Source: Eledone cirrhosa (lineage: Eukaryota). From it: a DNA stretch of 64,000 bases. This document shows, piece after piece, positions 27,428 to 42,108 of the stretch; the stretch's first letter is position 1; each line of letters opens with the position of its first letter. Under the pieces are notes generated by a model. It searched no databases and had not been told where the DNA came from. It saw only the letters and a list, made by a program, of their open reading frames with translations. The position numbers were made by a program, and so were the translations under genes. Where the stretch lies: assembly GCA_964016885.1 (NCBI GenBank), contig OZ024741.1, positions 259,346,001 to 259,410,000 of the forward strand, read 5' to 3'.

Positions 27428-28514
27428 CGTAAGTCGAAACACTCGTAAGTCAGAACACTCGTAAGTCAGAACACTCTTAAGTCAGAACACTCGTATCGAA
27501 ACACGTATGTCAAAACACCCGTAAGTCAAAACACTCGTAAGTCGAAACACTCGTAAGTCGAAACACTCGTAAGCCGAAACAATCGTAAGTCAAAACACTC
27601 GTAAGTCGAAACACTCGTAAGCCGAAAAGACTCGTAAGTCGGAACACCCGTAAGCCGAAACCCTCGTAGGTCGGAACACTCGTAAGTCGAAACACTCGTA
27701 AGTCGAAACACCCGTAAGTCGAAACACTCGTAAGTCGAAACACCCGTAAGTCGAAACATCCGTAAGTCAAAACACTCGTATGTCGAAACACTCGTAAGCC
27801 GAAACACTCGTAAGTCGGAACACTCGCAAGTCAGAACACTCGTAAGTCAGAACACTCGTAAGTCGAAACACTCGTAAGTCGAAACACTCGTATGTCGAAA
27901 CACTCGCAAGCCGAAAAACCGTAAGTCAAAACACTCGTAAGTCGAAACACTCGTAAATCGAAACACTCGTAAGCCGAAACACTCGTAAGCGAAAACATTC
28001 GTTAGTCGAAACACTCGTATCCCGAAACACTCGTAAGTCGAAACACTCGAAAGCCGAAACACTCGTAAGTCGAAACACTCATAAGCCGAAACACTCGTAA
28101 GTCGGAACACTCGTAAGTCAGAACACCCGTAAATCAGAACACTCGTAGTCAGAACACTCGTAAGTCGAAACACTCGTAAGCCGAAACACTCGCAAGTCGA
28201 AGCACTCGTAATCCGAAACACTCTTAAGTCGAAACACTCGTAAGTCGGAACACTCGTAAGTCAGAACACTCGTAAGTCAGAACACTCGTAAGTCGAAACA
28301 CTCGTAAGCCGAAACATCCGTAAGTCAAAACATCCGTAAGTCAAAACATTCGTAAGTCGAAACACCCGTAGTCGAAACACTCGCAAGTCGAAACACTCGT
28401 AAGTCGAAACACGCGTAAGTCGAAACACATGTAAGTCAAAACACTCGTAAGTCAAAACACTCGTAAGCCGAAACACTCGTAAGTCGAAACACTCGTAAGT
28501 CGAAACACTCGTAA

Positions 28515-28592
28515 AGCGAAACGTATAAATAAATATTAATGTAATGAATTTGAAAAGCATAGAGATTTGAAACCGCGTCTATTTGTTATTTT
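28515..28592 (+). repeat. 78-bp AT-rich spacer, subtype A (AATATT)
   Basis: GAATTT. Confidence 0.95.
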
Positions 28593-29391
28593 CGTAAGTC
28601 GAAACACTCGTAAGCCGAAACACTCGTGAGCCGAAACACTCGTAAGTCGGAACACTCGTAAGTCAGAACACTCGTAAGTCAGAACACTCGTAAGTTAGAA
28701 CACTCGTAAGTCAGAACACTCGTAAGTCAGAACACTCGTAAGTCGAAACACTCGTATCGAAACACTCGTATGTCAAAACACCCGTAAGTCAAAACACTCG
28801 TAAGTCGAAACACTCGTAAGTCGAAACACTCGTAAGCCGAAACACTCGTAAGCCGAAACACTCGTAAGTCGGAACACTCGTAAGTCGGAACACTCGTAAG
28901 TCAGAACACTCGTAAGTCAGAACACTCGTAAGTCAGAACACTCGTAAGTCAGAACACTCGTAAGTCGAAACACTCGTATCGAAACACTCGTATGTCAAAA
29001 CACCCGTAAGTCAAAACACTTGTAAGTCGAAACACTCGTAAGTCGAAACACTCGTATGTCGAAACATCCGTAAATCAGAACACTCGTAAGTCGAAACACT
29101 CGTAAGTCGAAACACTCGTAAGCCGAAACACTCGTAAGTCGAAGCACTCGTATCGAAACACTCGTAAGTCGAAACACCCTTAAGTCAAAACACTCGTAAG
29201 CCAAAACACTCGTAAGTCGAAACACTCGTAAGTCGGAACACTCGTAAGTCAGAACACTCGTAAGTCAGAACACTCGTAAGTGGAAACACGCGTAAGTCGA
29301 AAGACCCGTAAGTCAAAAATCTCGTAAGTCAAAACACTCGTAAGCCGAAACACTCGTAAGTCGAAACACTCGTAAGTCGAAACATTCGTAA

Positions 29392-29469
29392 AGCGAAACG
29401 TATAAATAAAGATTAATGTAATCAACTTGAAAAGCATAGATATTTGAAACCGCGTCTATTTGTTATTTT
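29392..29469 (+). repeat. 78-bp AT-rich spacer, subtype B (CAACTT)
   Basis: aatcaacttg variant. Confidence 0.95.
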
Positions 29470-30475
29470 CGTAAGTCGAAACACTCGTAAGTCAGAACAC
29501 TCGTAAGTCAGAACACTCTTAAGTCAGAACACTCGTATCGAAACACGTATGTCAAAACACCCGTAAGTCAAAACACCCGTAAGCCGAAACCCTCGTAGGT
29601 CGGAACACTCGTAAGTCGAAACACTCGTAAGTCGAAACACCCGTAAGTCGAAACACTCGTAAGTCGAAACACCCGTAAGTCGAAACATCCGTAAGTCAAA
29701 ACACTCGTATGTCGAAACACTCGTAAGCCGAAACACTCGTAAGTCGGAACACTCGCAAGTCAGAACACTCGTAAGTCAGAACACTCGTAAGTCGAAACAC
29801 TCGTAAGTCGAAACACCCGTAAGTCGAAACGCCCGTAAGTCAAAACACTCGTATGTCGAAACACTCGCAAGCCGAAAAACCGTAAGTCAGAACACTCGTA
29901 AGTCGAAACACTCGTAAATCGAAACACTCGTAAGCCGAAACACTCGTAAGCGAAAACATTCGTTAGTCGAAACACTCGTAACCCGAAACACTCGTAAGTC
30001 GAAACACTCGAAAGCCGAAACACTCGTAAGTCGAAACACTCATAAGCCGAAACACTCGTAAGTCGGAACACTCGTAAGTCAGAACACCCGTAAATCAGAA
30101 CACTCGTAGTCAGAACACTCGTAAGTCGAAACACTCGTAAGCCGAAACACTCGCAAGTCGAAGCACTCGTAATCCGAAACACTCTTAAGTCGAAACACTC
30201 GTAAGTCGGAACACTCGTAAGTCAGAACACTCGTAAGTCAGAACACTCGTAAGTCGAAACACTCGTAAGCCGAAACATCCGTAAGTCAAAACATCCGTAA
30301 GTCAAAACATTCGTAAGTCGAAACACCCGTAGTCGAAACACTCGCAAGTCGAAACACTCGTAAGTCGAAACACGCGTAAGTCGAAACACATGTAAGTCAA
30401 AACACTCGTAAGTCAAAACACTCGTAAGCCGAAACACTCGTAAGTCGAAACACTCGTAAGTCGAAACACTCGTAA

Positions 30476-30553
30476 AGCGAAACGTATAAATAAATATTAA
30501 TGTAATGAATTTGAAAAGCATAGAGATTTGAAACCGCGTCTATTTGTTATTTT
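30476..30553 (+). repeat. 78-bp AT-rich spacer, subtype A (AATATT)
   Basis: GAATTT. Confidence 0.95.
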
Positions 30554-31352
30554 CGTAAGTCGAAACACTCGTAAGCCGAAACACTCGTGAGCCGAAACAC
30601 TCGTAAGTCGGAACACTCGTAAGTCAGAACACTCGTAAGTCAGAACACTCGTAAGTTAGAACACTCGTAAGTCAGAACACTCGTAAGTCAGAACACTCGT
30701 AAGTCGAAACACTCGTATCGAAACACTCGTATGTCAAAACACCCGTAAGTCAAAACACTCGTAAGTCGAAACACTCGTAAGTCGAAACACTCGTAAGCCG
30801 AAACACTCGTAAGCCGAAACACTCGTAAGTCGGAACACTCGTAAGTCGGAACACTCGTAAGTCAGAACACTCGTAAGTCAGAACACTCGTAAGTCAGAAC
30901 ACTCGTAAGTCAGAACACTCGTAAGTCGAAACACTCGTATCGAAACACTCGTATGTCAAAACACCCGTAAGTCAAAACACTCGTAAGTCGAAACACTCGT
31001 AAGTCGAAACACTCGTATGTCGAAACATCCGTAAATCAGAACACTCGTAAGTCGAAACACTCGTAAGTCGAAACACTCGTAAGCCGAAACACTCGTAAGT
31101 CGAAGCACTCGTATCGAAACACTCGTAAGTCGAAACACCCTTAAGTCAAAACACTCGTAAGCCAAAACACTCGTAAGTCGAAACACTCGTAAGTCGGAAC
31201 ACTTGTAAGTCAGAACACTCGTAAGTCAGAACACTCGTAAGTGGAAACACGCGTAAGTCGAAAGACCCGTAAGTCAAAAATCTCGTAAGTCAAAACACTC
31301 GTAAGCCGAAACACTCGTAAGTCGAAACACTCGTAAGTCGAAACATTCGTAA

Positions 31353-31430
31353 AGCGAAACGTATAAATAAAGATTAATGTAATGAACTTGAAAAGCATAG
31401 ATATTTGAAACCGCGTCTATTTGTTATTTT
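31353..31430 (+). repeat. 78-bp AT-rich spacer, subtype B
   Basis: GAACTT/GATATTT. Confidence 0.95.
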
Positions 31431-32533
31431 CGTAAGTCGAAACACTCGTAAGTCAGAACACTCGTAAGTCAGAACACTCGTATCGAAACACGTATGTCAA
31501 AACACCCGTAAGTCAAAACACTCGTAAGTCGAAACACTCGTAAGTCGAAACACTCGTAAGCCGAAACAATCGTAAGTCAAAACACTCGTAAGTCGAAACA
31601 CTCGTAAGCCGAAAATACTCGTAAGTCGGAACACCCGTAAGCCGAAACCCTCGTAGGTCGGAACACTCGTAAGTCGAAACACTCTTAAGTCGAAACACCC
31701 GTAAGTCGAAACACTCGTAAGTCGAAACACCCGTAAGTCGAAACATCCGTAAGTCAAAACACTCGTATGTCGAAACACTCGTAAGCCGAAACACTCGTAA
31801 GTCGGAACACTCGCAAGTCAGAACACTCGTAAGTCAGAACACTCGTAAGTCGAAACACTCGTAAGTCGAAACACCCGTAAGTCGAAACGCCCGTAAGTCA
31901 AAACACTCGTATGTCGAAACACTCGCAAGCCGAAAAACCGTAAGTCAAAACACTCGTAAGTCGAAACACTCGTAAATCGAAACACTCGTAAGCCGAAACA
32001 CTCGTAAGCGAAAACATTCGTTAGTCGAAACACTCGTAACCCGAAACACTCGTAAGTCGAAACACTCGAAAGCCGAAACACTCGTAAGTCGAAACACTCA
32101 TAAGCCGAAACACTCGTAAGTCGGAACACTCGTAAGTCAGAACACCCGTAAATCAGAACACTCGTAGTCAGAACACTCGTAAGTCGAAACACTCGTAAGC
32201 CGAAACACTCGCAAGTCGAAGCACTCGTTATCCGAAACACTCTTAAGTCGAAACACTCGTAAGTCGGAACACTCGTAAGTCAGAACACTCGTAAGTCAGA
32301 ACACTCGTAAGTCGAAACACTCGTAAGCCGAAACATCCGTAAGTCAAAACATCCGTAAGTCAAAACATTCGTAAGTCGAAACACCCGTAGTCGAAACACT
32401 CGCAAGTCGAAACACTCGTAAGTCGAAACACGCGTAAGTCGAAACACATGTAAGTCAAAACACTCGTAAGTCAAAACACTCGTAAGCCGAAACACTCGTA
32501 AGTCGAAACACTCGTAAGTCGAAACACTCGTAA

Positions 32534-32611
32534 AGCGAAACGTATCAATAAAGATTAATGTAATGAATTTGAAAAGCATAGAGATTTGAAACCGCGTCTA
32601 TTTGTTATTTT
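32534..32611 (+). repeat. 78-bp AT-rich spacer, subtype A (GTATCAAT)
   Basis: GAATTT with gtatcaataaag. Confidence 0.95.
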
Positions 32612-33219
32612 CGTAAGTCGAAACACTCGTAAGCCGAAACACTCGTGAGCCGAAACACTCGTAAGTCGGAACACTCGTAAGTCAGAACACTCGTAAGTCA
32701 GAACACTCGTAAGTTAGAACACTCGTAAGTCAGAACACTCGTAAGTCAGAACACTCGTAAGTCGAAACACTCGTATCGAAACACTCGTATGTCAAAACAC
32801 CCGTAAGTCAAAACACTCGTAAGTCGAAACACTCGTAAGTCGAAACACTCGTAAGCCGAAACACTCGAAAGCCGAAACACTCGTAAGTCGGAACACTCGT
32901 AAGTCGGAACACTCGTAAGTCAGAACACTCGTAAGTCAGAACACTCGTAAGTCAGAACACTCGTAAGTCAGAACACTCGTAAGTCGAAACACTCGTATCG
33001 AAACACTCGTATGTCAAAACACCCGTAAGTCAAAACATCCGTAAGTCAAAACATTCGTAAGTCGAAACACCCGTAGTCGAAACACTCGCAAGTCGAAACA
33101 CTCGTAAGTCGAAACACGCGTAAGTCGAAACACATGTAAGTCAAAACACTCGTAAGTCAAAACACTCGTAAGCCGAAACACTCGTAAGTCGAAACACTCG
33201 TAAGTCGAAACACTCGTAA

Positions 33220-33297
33220 AGCGAAACGTATCAATAAAGATTAATGTAATGAATTTGAAAAGCATAGAGATTTGAAACCGCGTCTATTTGTTATTTT
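33220..33297 (+). repeat. 78-bp AT-rich spacer, subtype A (GTATCAAT)
   Basis: 686 bp after previous copy. Confidence 0.95.
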
Positions 33298-34112
33298 CGT
33301 AAGTCGAAACACTCGTAAGCCGAAACACTCGTGAGCCGAAACACTCGTAAGTCGGAACACTCGTAAGTCAGAACACTCGTAAGTCAGAACACTCGTAAGT
33401 TAGAACACTCGTAAGTCAGAACACTCGTAAGTCAGAACACTCGTAAGTCGAAACACTCGTATCGAAACACTCGTATGTCAAAACACCCGTAAGTCAAAAC
33501 ACTCGTAAGTCGAAACACTCGTAAGTCGAAACACTCGTAAGCCGAAACACTCGAAAGCCGAAACACTCGTAAGTCGGAACACTCGTAAGTCGGAACACTC
33601 GTAAGTCAGAACACTCGTAAGTCAGAACACTCGTAAGTCAGAACACTCGTAAGTCAGAACACTCGTAAGTCGAAACACTCGTATCGAAACACTCGTATGT
33701 CAAAACACCCGTAAGTCAAAACACTCATAAGTCGAAACACTCGTAAGTCGAAACACTCGTATGTCGAAACATCCGTAAATCAGAACACTCGTAAGTCGAA
33801 ACACTCGTAAGTCGAAACACTCGTAAGCCGAAACACTCGTAAGTCGAAGCACTCGTATCGAAACACTCGTAAGTCGAAACACCCTTAAGTCAAAACACTC
33901 GTAAGCCAAAACACTCGTAAGTCGAAACACTCGTAAGTCGGAACACTCGTAAGTCAGAACACTCGTAAGTCAGAACACTCGTAAGTGGAAACACGCGTAA
34001 GTCGAAAGACCCGTAAGTCAAAAATCTCGTAAGTCAAAACACTCGTAAGCCGAAACACTCGTAAGTCGAAACACTCGTAAGTCGAAACACTCGTAAGTCG
34101 AAACATTCGTAA

Positions 34113-34190
34113 AGCGAAACGTATAAATAAAGATTAATGTAATGAACTTGAAAAGCATAGATATTTGAAACCGCGTCTATTTGTTATTTT
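34113..34190 (+). repeat. 78-bp AT-rich spacer, subtype B
   Basis: GAACTT/GATATTT. Confidence 0.95.
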
Positions 34191-35703
34191 CGTAAGTCGA
34201 AACACTCGTAAGTCAGAACACTCGTAAGTCAGAACACTCTTAAGTCAGAACACTCGTATCGAAACACGTATGTCAAAACACCCGTAAGTCAAAACACTCG
34301 TAAGTCGAAACACTCGTAAGTCGAAACACTCGTAAGCCGAAACAATCGTAAGTCAAAACACTCGTAAGTCGAAACACTCGTAAGCCGAAAATACTCGTAA
34401 GTCGGAACACCCGTAAGCCGAAACCCTCGTAGGTCGGAACACTCGTAAGTCAAAACACTCGTAAGTCGAAACACCCGTAAGTCGAAACACTCGTAAGTCG
34501 AAACACCCGTAAGTCGAAACATCCGTAAGTCAAAACACTCGTATGTCGAAACACTCGTAAGCCGAAACACTCGTAAGTCAGAACACTCGTAAGTCAGAAC
34601 ACTCGTAAGTCGAAACACTCATAAGTCGAAACACTCGTAAGTCGAAACACCCGTAAGTCGAAACACCCGTAAGTCGAAACACTCGTATGTCGAATAACTC
34701 GTAAGCCGAAACACCGTAAGTCAAAACACTCGTAAGTCGAAACACTCGTAAGTCGAAACACCCATAAGCCGAAACACTCGTAAGCCAAAACATTCGTAAG
34801 TCGAAACACTCGTAAACCGAAACACTCGTAAGCCAAAACATTCGTAAGTCGAAACACTCGTAAGTCGAAACACCCATAGCCGAAACACTCGTAAGTCTGA
34901 ACACACGTAAGTCAGAACAGCCGTAAGTCAGAACACTCGTAAGTCAGAACACTCGTAAGTCAGAACACTCGTAAGTCAGAGCACTCGTATCGAAACACTC
35001 GTATGTCAAAACACCCGTAAGTCAAAACACTCGTAAGTCGAAACACTCGTAAGCCGAAACACCGTAAGCCAAAACACTCGTAAGTCGAAACACCCGTAAG
35101 TCGGAACACTCGTAAGTCGAAACACTCGTAAGTCGAAACACTCGTAAGCCGAAACACTCGTAAGCCGAAACACTCGTAAGTCGGAACACTCGTAAGTCGG
35201 AACACTCGTAAGTCAGAACACTCGTAAGTCAGAACACTCGTAAGTCAGAACACTCGTAAGTCAGAACACTCGTAAGTCGAAACACTCGTATCGAAACACT
35301 CGTATGTCAAAACACCCGTAAGTCAAAACACTCGTAAGTCGAAACACTCGTAAGTCGAAACACTCGTATGTCGAAACATCCGTAAATCAGAACACTCGTA
35401 AGTCGAAACACTCGTAAGTCGAAACACTCGTAAGCCGAAACACTCGTAAGTCGAAGCACTCGTATCGAAACACTCGTAAGTCGAAACACCCTTAAGTCAA
35501 AACACTCGTAAGCCAAAACACTCGTAAGTCGAAACACTCGTAAGTCGGAACACTCGTAAGTCAGAACACTCGTAAGTCAGAACACTCGTAAGTGGAAACA
35601 CGCGTAAGTCGAAAGACCCGTAAATCAAAAATCTCGTAAGTCAAAACACTCGTAAGCCGAAACACTCGTAAGTCGAAACACTCGTAAGTCGAAACATTCG
35701 TAA

Positions 35704-35781
35704 AGCGAAACGTATAAATAAAGATTAATGTAATGAACTTGAAAAGCATAGATATTTGAAACCGCGTCTATTTGTTATTTT
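35704..35781 (+). repeat. 78-bp AT-rich spacer, subtype B
   Basis: GAACTT/GATATTT. Confidence 0.95.
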
Positions 35782-36900
35782 CGTAAGTCGAAACACTCGT
35801 AAGTCAGAACACTCGTAAGTCAGAACACTCTTAAGTCAGAACACTCGTATCGAAACACGTATGTCAAAACACCCGTAAGTCAAAACACTCGTAAGTCGAA
35901 ACACTCGTAAGTCGAAACACTCGTAAGCCGAAACAATCGTAAGTCAAAACACTCGTAAGTCGAAACACTCGTAAGCCGAAAATACTCGTAAGTCGGAACA
36001 CCCGTAAGCCGAAACCCTCGTAGGTCGGAACACTCGTAAGTCGAAACACTCGTAAGTCGAAACACCCGTAAGTCGAAACACTCGTAAGTCGAAACACCCG
36101 TAAGTCGAAACATCCGTAAGTCAAAACACTCGTATGTCGAAACACTCGTAAGCCGAAACACTCGTAAGTCGGAACACTCGCAAGTCAGAACACTCGTAAG
36201 TCAGAACACTTGTAAGTCGAAACACTCGTAAGTCGAAACACCCGTAAGTCGAAACGCCCGTAAGTCAAAACACTCGTATGTCGAAACACTCGCAAGCCGA
36301 AAAACCGTAAGTCAAAACACTCGTAAGTCGAAACACTCGTAAATCGAAACACTCGTAAGCCGAAACACTCGTAAGCGAAAACATTCGTTAGTCGAAACAC
36401 TCTTATCCCGAAACACTCGTAAGTCGAAACACTCGAAAGCCGAAACACTCGTAAGTCGAAACACTCACAAGCCGAAACACTCGTAAGTCGGAACACTCGT
36501 AAGTCAGAACACCCGTAAATCAGAACACTCGTAGTCAGAACACTCGTAAGTCGAAACACTCGTAAGCCGAAACACTCGCAAGTCGAAGCACTCGTAATCC
36601 GAAACACTCTTAAGTCGAAACACTCGTAAGTCGGAACACTCGTAAGTCAGAACACTCGTAAGTCAGAACACTCGTAAGTCGAAACACTCGTAAGCCGAAA
36701 CATCCGTAAGTCAAAACATCCGTAAGTCAAAACATTCGTAAGTCGAAACACCCGTAGTCGAAACACTCGCAAGTCGAAACACTCGTAAGTCGAAACACGC
36801 GTAAGTCGAAACACATGTAAGTCAAAACACTCGTAAGTCAAAACACTCGTAAGCCGAAACACTCGTAAGTCGAAACACTCGTAAGTCGAAACACTCGTAA

Positions 36901-36978
36901 AGCGAAACGTATAAATAAATATTAATGTAATGAATTTGAAAAGCATAGAGATTTGAAACCGCGTCTATTTGTTATTTT
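36901..36978 (+). repeat. 78-bp AT-rich spacer, subtype A (AATATT)
   Basis: GAATTT. Confidence 0.95.
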
Positions 36979-37777
36979 CGTAAGTCGAAACACTCGTAAG
37001 CCGAAACACTCGTGAGCCGAAACACTCGTAAGTCGGAACACTCGTAAGTCAGAACACTCGTAAGTCAGAACACTCGTAAGTTAGAACACTCGTAAGTCAG
37101 AACACTCGTAAGTCAGAACACTCGTAAGTCGAAACACTCGTATCGAAACACTCGTATGTCAAAACACCCGTAAGTCAAAACACTCGTAAGTCGAAACACT
37201 CGTAAGTCGAAACACTCGTAAGCCGAAACACTCGTAAGCCGAAACACTCGTAAGTCGGAACACTCGTAAGTCGGAACACTCGTAAGTCAGAACACTCGTA
37301 AGTCAGAACACTCGTAAGTCAGAACACTCGTAAGTCAGAACACTCGTAAGTCGAAACACTCGTATCGAAGCACTCGTATGTCAAAACACCCGTAAGTCAA
37401 AACACTCGTAAGTCGAAACACTCGTAAGTCGAAACACTCGTATGTCGAAACATCCGTAAATCAGAACACTCGTAAGTCGAAACACTCGTAAGTCGAAACA
37501 CTCGTAAGCCGAAACACTCGTAAGTCGAAGCACTCGTATCGAAACACTCGTAAGTCGAAACACCCTTAAGTCAAAACACTCGTAAGCCAAAACACTCGTA
37601 AGTCGAAACACTCGTAAGTCGGAACACTCGTAAGTCAGAACACTCGTAAGTCAGAACACTCGTAAGTGGAAACACGCGTAAGTCGAAAGACCCGTAAGTC
37701 AAAAATCTCGTAAGTCAAAACACTCGTAAGCCGAAACACTCGTAAGTCGAAACACTCGTAAGTCGAAACATTCGTAA

Positions 37778-37855
37778 AGCGAAACGTATAAATAAAGATT
37801 AATGTAATGAACTTGAAAAGCATAGATATTTGAAACCGCGTCTATTTGTTATTTT
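37778..37855 (+). repeat. 78-bp AT-rich spacer, subtype B
   Basis: GAACTT/GATATTT. Confidence 0.95.
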
Positions 37856-40529
37856 CGTAAGTCGAAACACTCGTAAGTCAGAACACTCGTAAGTCAGAAC
37901 ACTCTTAAGTCAGAACACTCGTATCGAAACACTCGTATGTCAAAACACCCGTAAGTCAAAACACTCGTAAGTCGAAACACTCGTAAGTCGAAACACTCGT
38001 AAGCCGAAACACTCGTAAGCCGAAACACTCGTAAGCCGAAACACTCGTAAGTCGGAACACTCGTAAGTCAGAACACTCATAAGTCAGAACACTCGTAAGT
38101 CAGAACACTCGTAAGTCGAAACACTCGTAAGCCGAAACACCGTAAGTCGAAACACCCGTATGTCGAAACACTCGTAAGCCGAAACACTCTTAAGTCGAAA
38201 CACTCATAAGCCGAAACACTCGTAAGTCGGAACACTCGCAAATCAGAACACCCGCAAGTCAGAACACTCGTAAATCAGAACACTCTTAAGTCGAAACTTA
38301 CGTACGCCGAAACAATCGTAAGTCGAAACACTCGTAAGTCGAAACATCCTTAAGTCGAAACACTCGTACACCGAAACACTCGTAAGTATAAACATTAGTA
38401 AGTCGAAACACTCGTATGTCGAAACACTCGTAAACCGAAACACTCGTAAGTCGGAACACTCGTAAGTCAGAACACTCGTAAGTCAGAACACTCGTAAGTC
38501 GAAACACTCATAAGTCGAAACACCCGTAAGTCGAAGCACTCGTATGTCGAATAACTCGTAAGCCGAAACACCGTAAGTCAAAACACTCGTAAGTCGAAAC
38601 ACTCGTAAGTCGAAACACCCATAAGCCGAAACACTCGTAAGCCAAAACATTCGTAAGTCGAAACACTCGTAAACCGAAACACTCGTAAGCCAAAACATTC
38701 GTATGTCGAAACACTCGTAAGTCGAAACACCCATAGCCGAAACACTTGTAAGTCTGAACACACGTAAGTCAGAACACCCGTAAGTCAGAACACTCGTAAG
38801 TCAGAACACTCGTAAGTCAGAACACTCGTAAGTCAGAACACTCGTAAGTCAGAGCACTCGTATCGAAACACTCGTATGTCAAAACACCCGTAAGTCAAAA
38901 CACTCGTAAGTCGAAACACTCGTAAGCCGAAACACCGTAAGCCAAAACACTCGTAAGTCGAAACACCCCTAAGTCGGAACACTCGTAAGTCGAAACACTC
39001 GTAAGTCGAAACACTCGTAAGCCGAAACACTCGTAAGCCGAAACACTCGTAAGTCGGAACACTCGTAAGTCGGAACACTCGTAAGTCAGAACACTCGTAA
39101 GTCAGAACACTCGTAAGTCAGAACACTCGTAAGTCAGAACACTCGTAAGTCGAAACACTCGTATCGAAACACTCGTATGTCAAAACACCCGTAAGTCAAA
39201 ACACTCGTAAGTCGAAACACTCGTAAGTCGAAACATTCGTAAGTCGAAACATCCGTAAATCAGAACACTCTTAAGTCGAAACACTCGTAAGTCGAAACAC
39301 TCGTAAGCCGAAACACTCGTAAGTCGAAGCACTCGTATCGAAACACTCGTAAGTCGAAACACCCTTAAGTCAAAACACTCGTAAGCCAAAACACTCGTAA
39401 GTCGAAACACTCGTAAGTCGGAACACTCGTAAGTCAGAACACTCGTAAGTCAGAACACTCGTAAGTGGAAACACGCGTAAGTCGAAACACTCATAAGTCG
39501 AAACACTCGTAAGTCGAAACACCCGTAAGTCGAAACACCCGTAAGTCGAAACACTCGTATGTCGAATAACTCGTAAGCCGAAACACCGTAAGTCAAAACA
39601 CTCGTAAGTCGAAACACTCGTAAGTCGAAACACCCATAAGCCGAAACACTCGTAAGCCAAAACATTCGTAAGTCGAAACACTCGTAAACCGAAACACTCG
39701 TAAGCCAAAACATTCGTAAGTCGAAACACTCGTAAGTCGAAACACCCATAGCCGAAACACTCGTAAGTCTGAACACACGTAAGTCAGAACAGCCGTAAGT
39801 CAGAACACTCGTAAGTCAGAACACTCGTAAGTCAGAACACTCGTAAGTCAGAGCACTCGTATCGAAACACTCGTATGTCAAAACACCCGTAAGTCAAAAC
39901 ACTCGTAAGTCGAAACACTCGTAAGTCGAAACACTCGTATGTCGAAACATCCGTAAATCAGAACACTCGTAAGTCGAAACACTCGTAAGTCGAAACACTC
40001 GTAAGCCGAAACACTCGTAAGTCGAAGCACTCGTATCGAAACACTCGTAAGTCGAAACACCCTTAAGTCAAAACACTCGTAAGCCAAAACACTCGTAAGT
40101 CGAAACACTCGTAAGTCGGAACACTCGTAAGTCAGAACACTCGTAAGTCAGAACACTCGTAAGTGGAAACACGCGTAAGTCGAAAGACCCGTAAGTCAAA
40201 AATCTCGTAAGTCAAAACACTCGTAAGCCGAAACACTCGTAAGTCGAAACACTCGTAAGTCGAAACACCCGTAAGTCAGAACACTCGTAAGTCAGAACAC
40301 TCGTAAGTCGAAACACTCGTAAGCCGAAACATCCGTAAGTCAAAACATCCGTAAGTCAAAACATTCGTAAGTCGAAACACCCGTAGTCGAAACACTCGCA
40401 AGTCGAAACACTCGTAAGTCGAAACACGCGTAAGTCGAAACACATGTAAGTCAAAACACTCGTAAGTCAAAACACTCGTAAGCCGAAACACTCGTAAGTC
40501 GAAACACTCGTAAGTCGAAACACTCGTAA

Positions 40530-40607
40530 AGCGAAACGTATAAATAAATATTAATGTAATGAATTTGAAAAGCATAGAGATTTGAAACCGCGTCTATTTG
40601 TTATTTT
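40530..40607 (+). repeat. 78-bp AT-rich spacer, subtype A (AATATT)
   Basis: GAATTT. Confidence 0.95.
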
Positions 40608-41215
40608 CGTAAGTCGAAACACTCGTAAGCCGAAACACTCGTGAGCCGAAACACTCGTAAGTCGGAACACTCGTAAGTCAGAACACTCGTAAGTCAGAAC
40701 ACTCGTAAGTTAGAACACTCGTAAGTCAGAACACTCGTAAGTCAGAACACTCGTAAGTCGAAACACTCGTATCGAAACACTCGTATGTCAAAACACCCGT
40801 AAGTCAAAAAACTCGTAAGTCGAAACACTCGTAAGTCGAAACACTCGTAAGCCGAAACACTCGAAAGCCGAAACACTCGTAAGTCGGAACACTCGTAAGT
40901 CGGAACACTCGTAAGTCAGAACACTCGTAAGTCAGAACACTCGTAAGTCAGAACACTCGTAAGTCAGAACACTCGTAAGTCGAAACACTCGTATCGAAAC
41001 ACTCGTATGTCAAAACACCCGTAAGTCAAAACATCCGTAAGTCAAAACATTCGTAAGTCGAAACACCCGTAGTCGAAACACTCGCAAGTCGAAACACTCG
41101 TAAGTCGAAACACGCGTAAATCGAAACACATGTAAGTCAAAACACTCGTAAGTCAAAACACTCGTAAGCCGAAACACTCGTAAGTCGAAACACTCGTAAG
41201 TCGAAACACTCGTAA

Positions 41216-41293
41216 AGCGAAACGTATCAATAAAGATTAATGTAATGAATTTGAAAAGCATAGAGATTTGAAACCGCGTCTATTTGTTATTTT
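41216..41293 (+). repeat. 78-bp AT-rich spacer, subtype A (GTATCAAT)
   Basis: 686 bp after previous copy. Confidence 0.95.
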
Positions 41294-42108
41294 CGTAAGT
41301 CGAAACACTCGTAAGCCGAAACACTCGTGAGCCGAAACACTCGTAAGTCGGAACACTCGTAAGTCAGAACACTCGTAAGTCAGAACACTCGTAAGTTAGA
41401 ACACTCGTAAGTCAGAACACTCGTAAGTCAGAACACTCGTAAGTCGAAACACTCGTATCGAAACACTCGTATGTCAAAACACCCGTAAGTCAAAACACTC
41501 GTAAGTCGAAACACTCGTAAGTCGAAACACTCGTAAGCCGAAACACTCGAAAGCCGAAACACTCGTAAGTCGGAACACTCGTAAGTCGGAACACTCGTAA
41601 GTCAGAACACTCGTAAGTCAGAACACTCGTAAGTCAGAACACTCGTAAGTCAGAACACTCGTAAGTCGAAACACTCGTATCGAAACACTCGTATGTCAAA
41701 ACACCCGTAAGTCAAAACACTCGTAAGTCGAAACACTCGTAAGTCGAAACACTCGTATGTCGAAACATCCGTAAATCAGAACACTCGTAAGTCGAAACAC
41801 TCGTAAGTCGAAACACTCGTAAGCCGAAACACTCGTAAGTCGAAGCACTCGTATCGAAACACTCGTAAGTCGAAACACCCTTAAGTCAAAACACTCGTAA
41901 GCCAAAACACTCGTAAGTCGAAACACTCGTAAGTCGGAACACTCGTAAGTCAGAACACTCGTAAGTCAGAACACTCGTAAGTGGAAACACGCGTAAGTCG
42001 AAAGACCCGTAAGTCAAAAATCTCGTAAGTCAAAACACTCGTAAGCCGAAACACTCGTAAGTCGAAACACTCGTAAGTCGAAACACTCGTAAGTCGAAAC
42101 ATTCGTAA

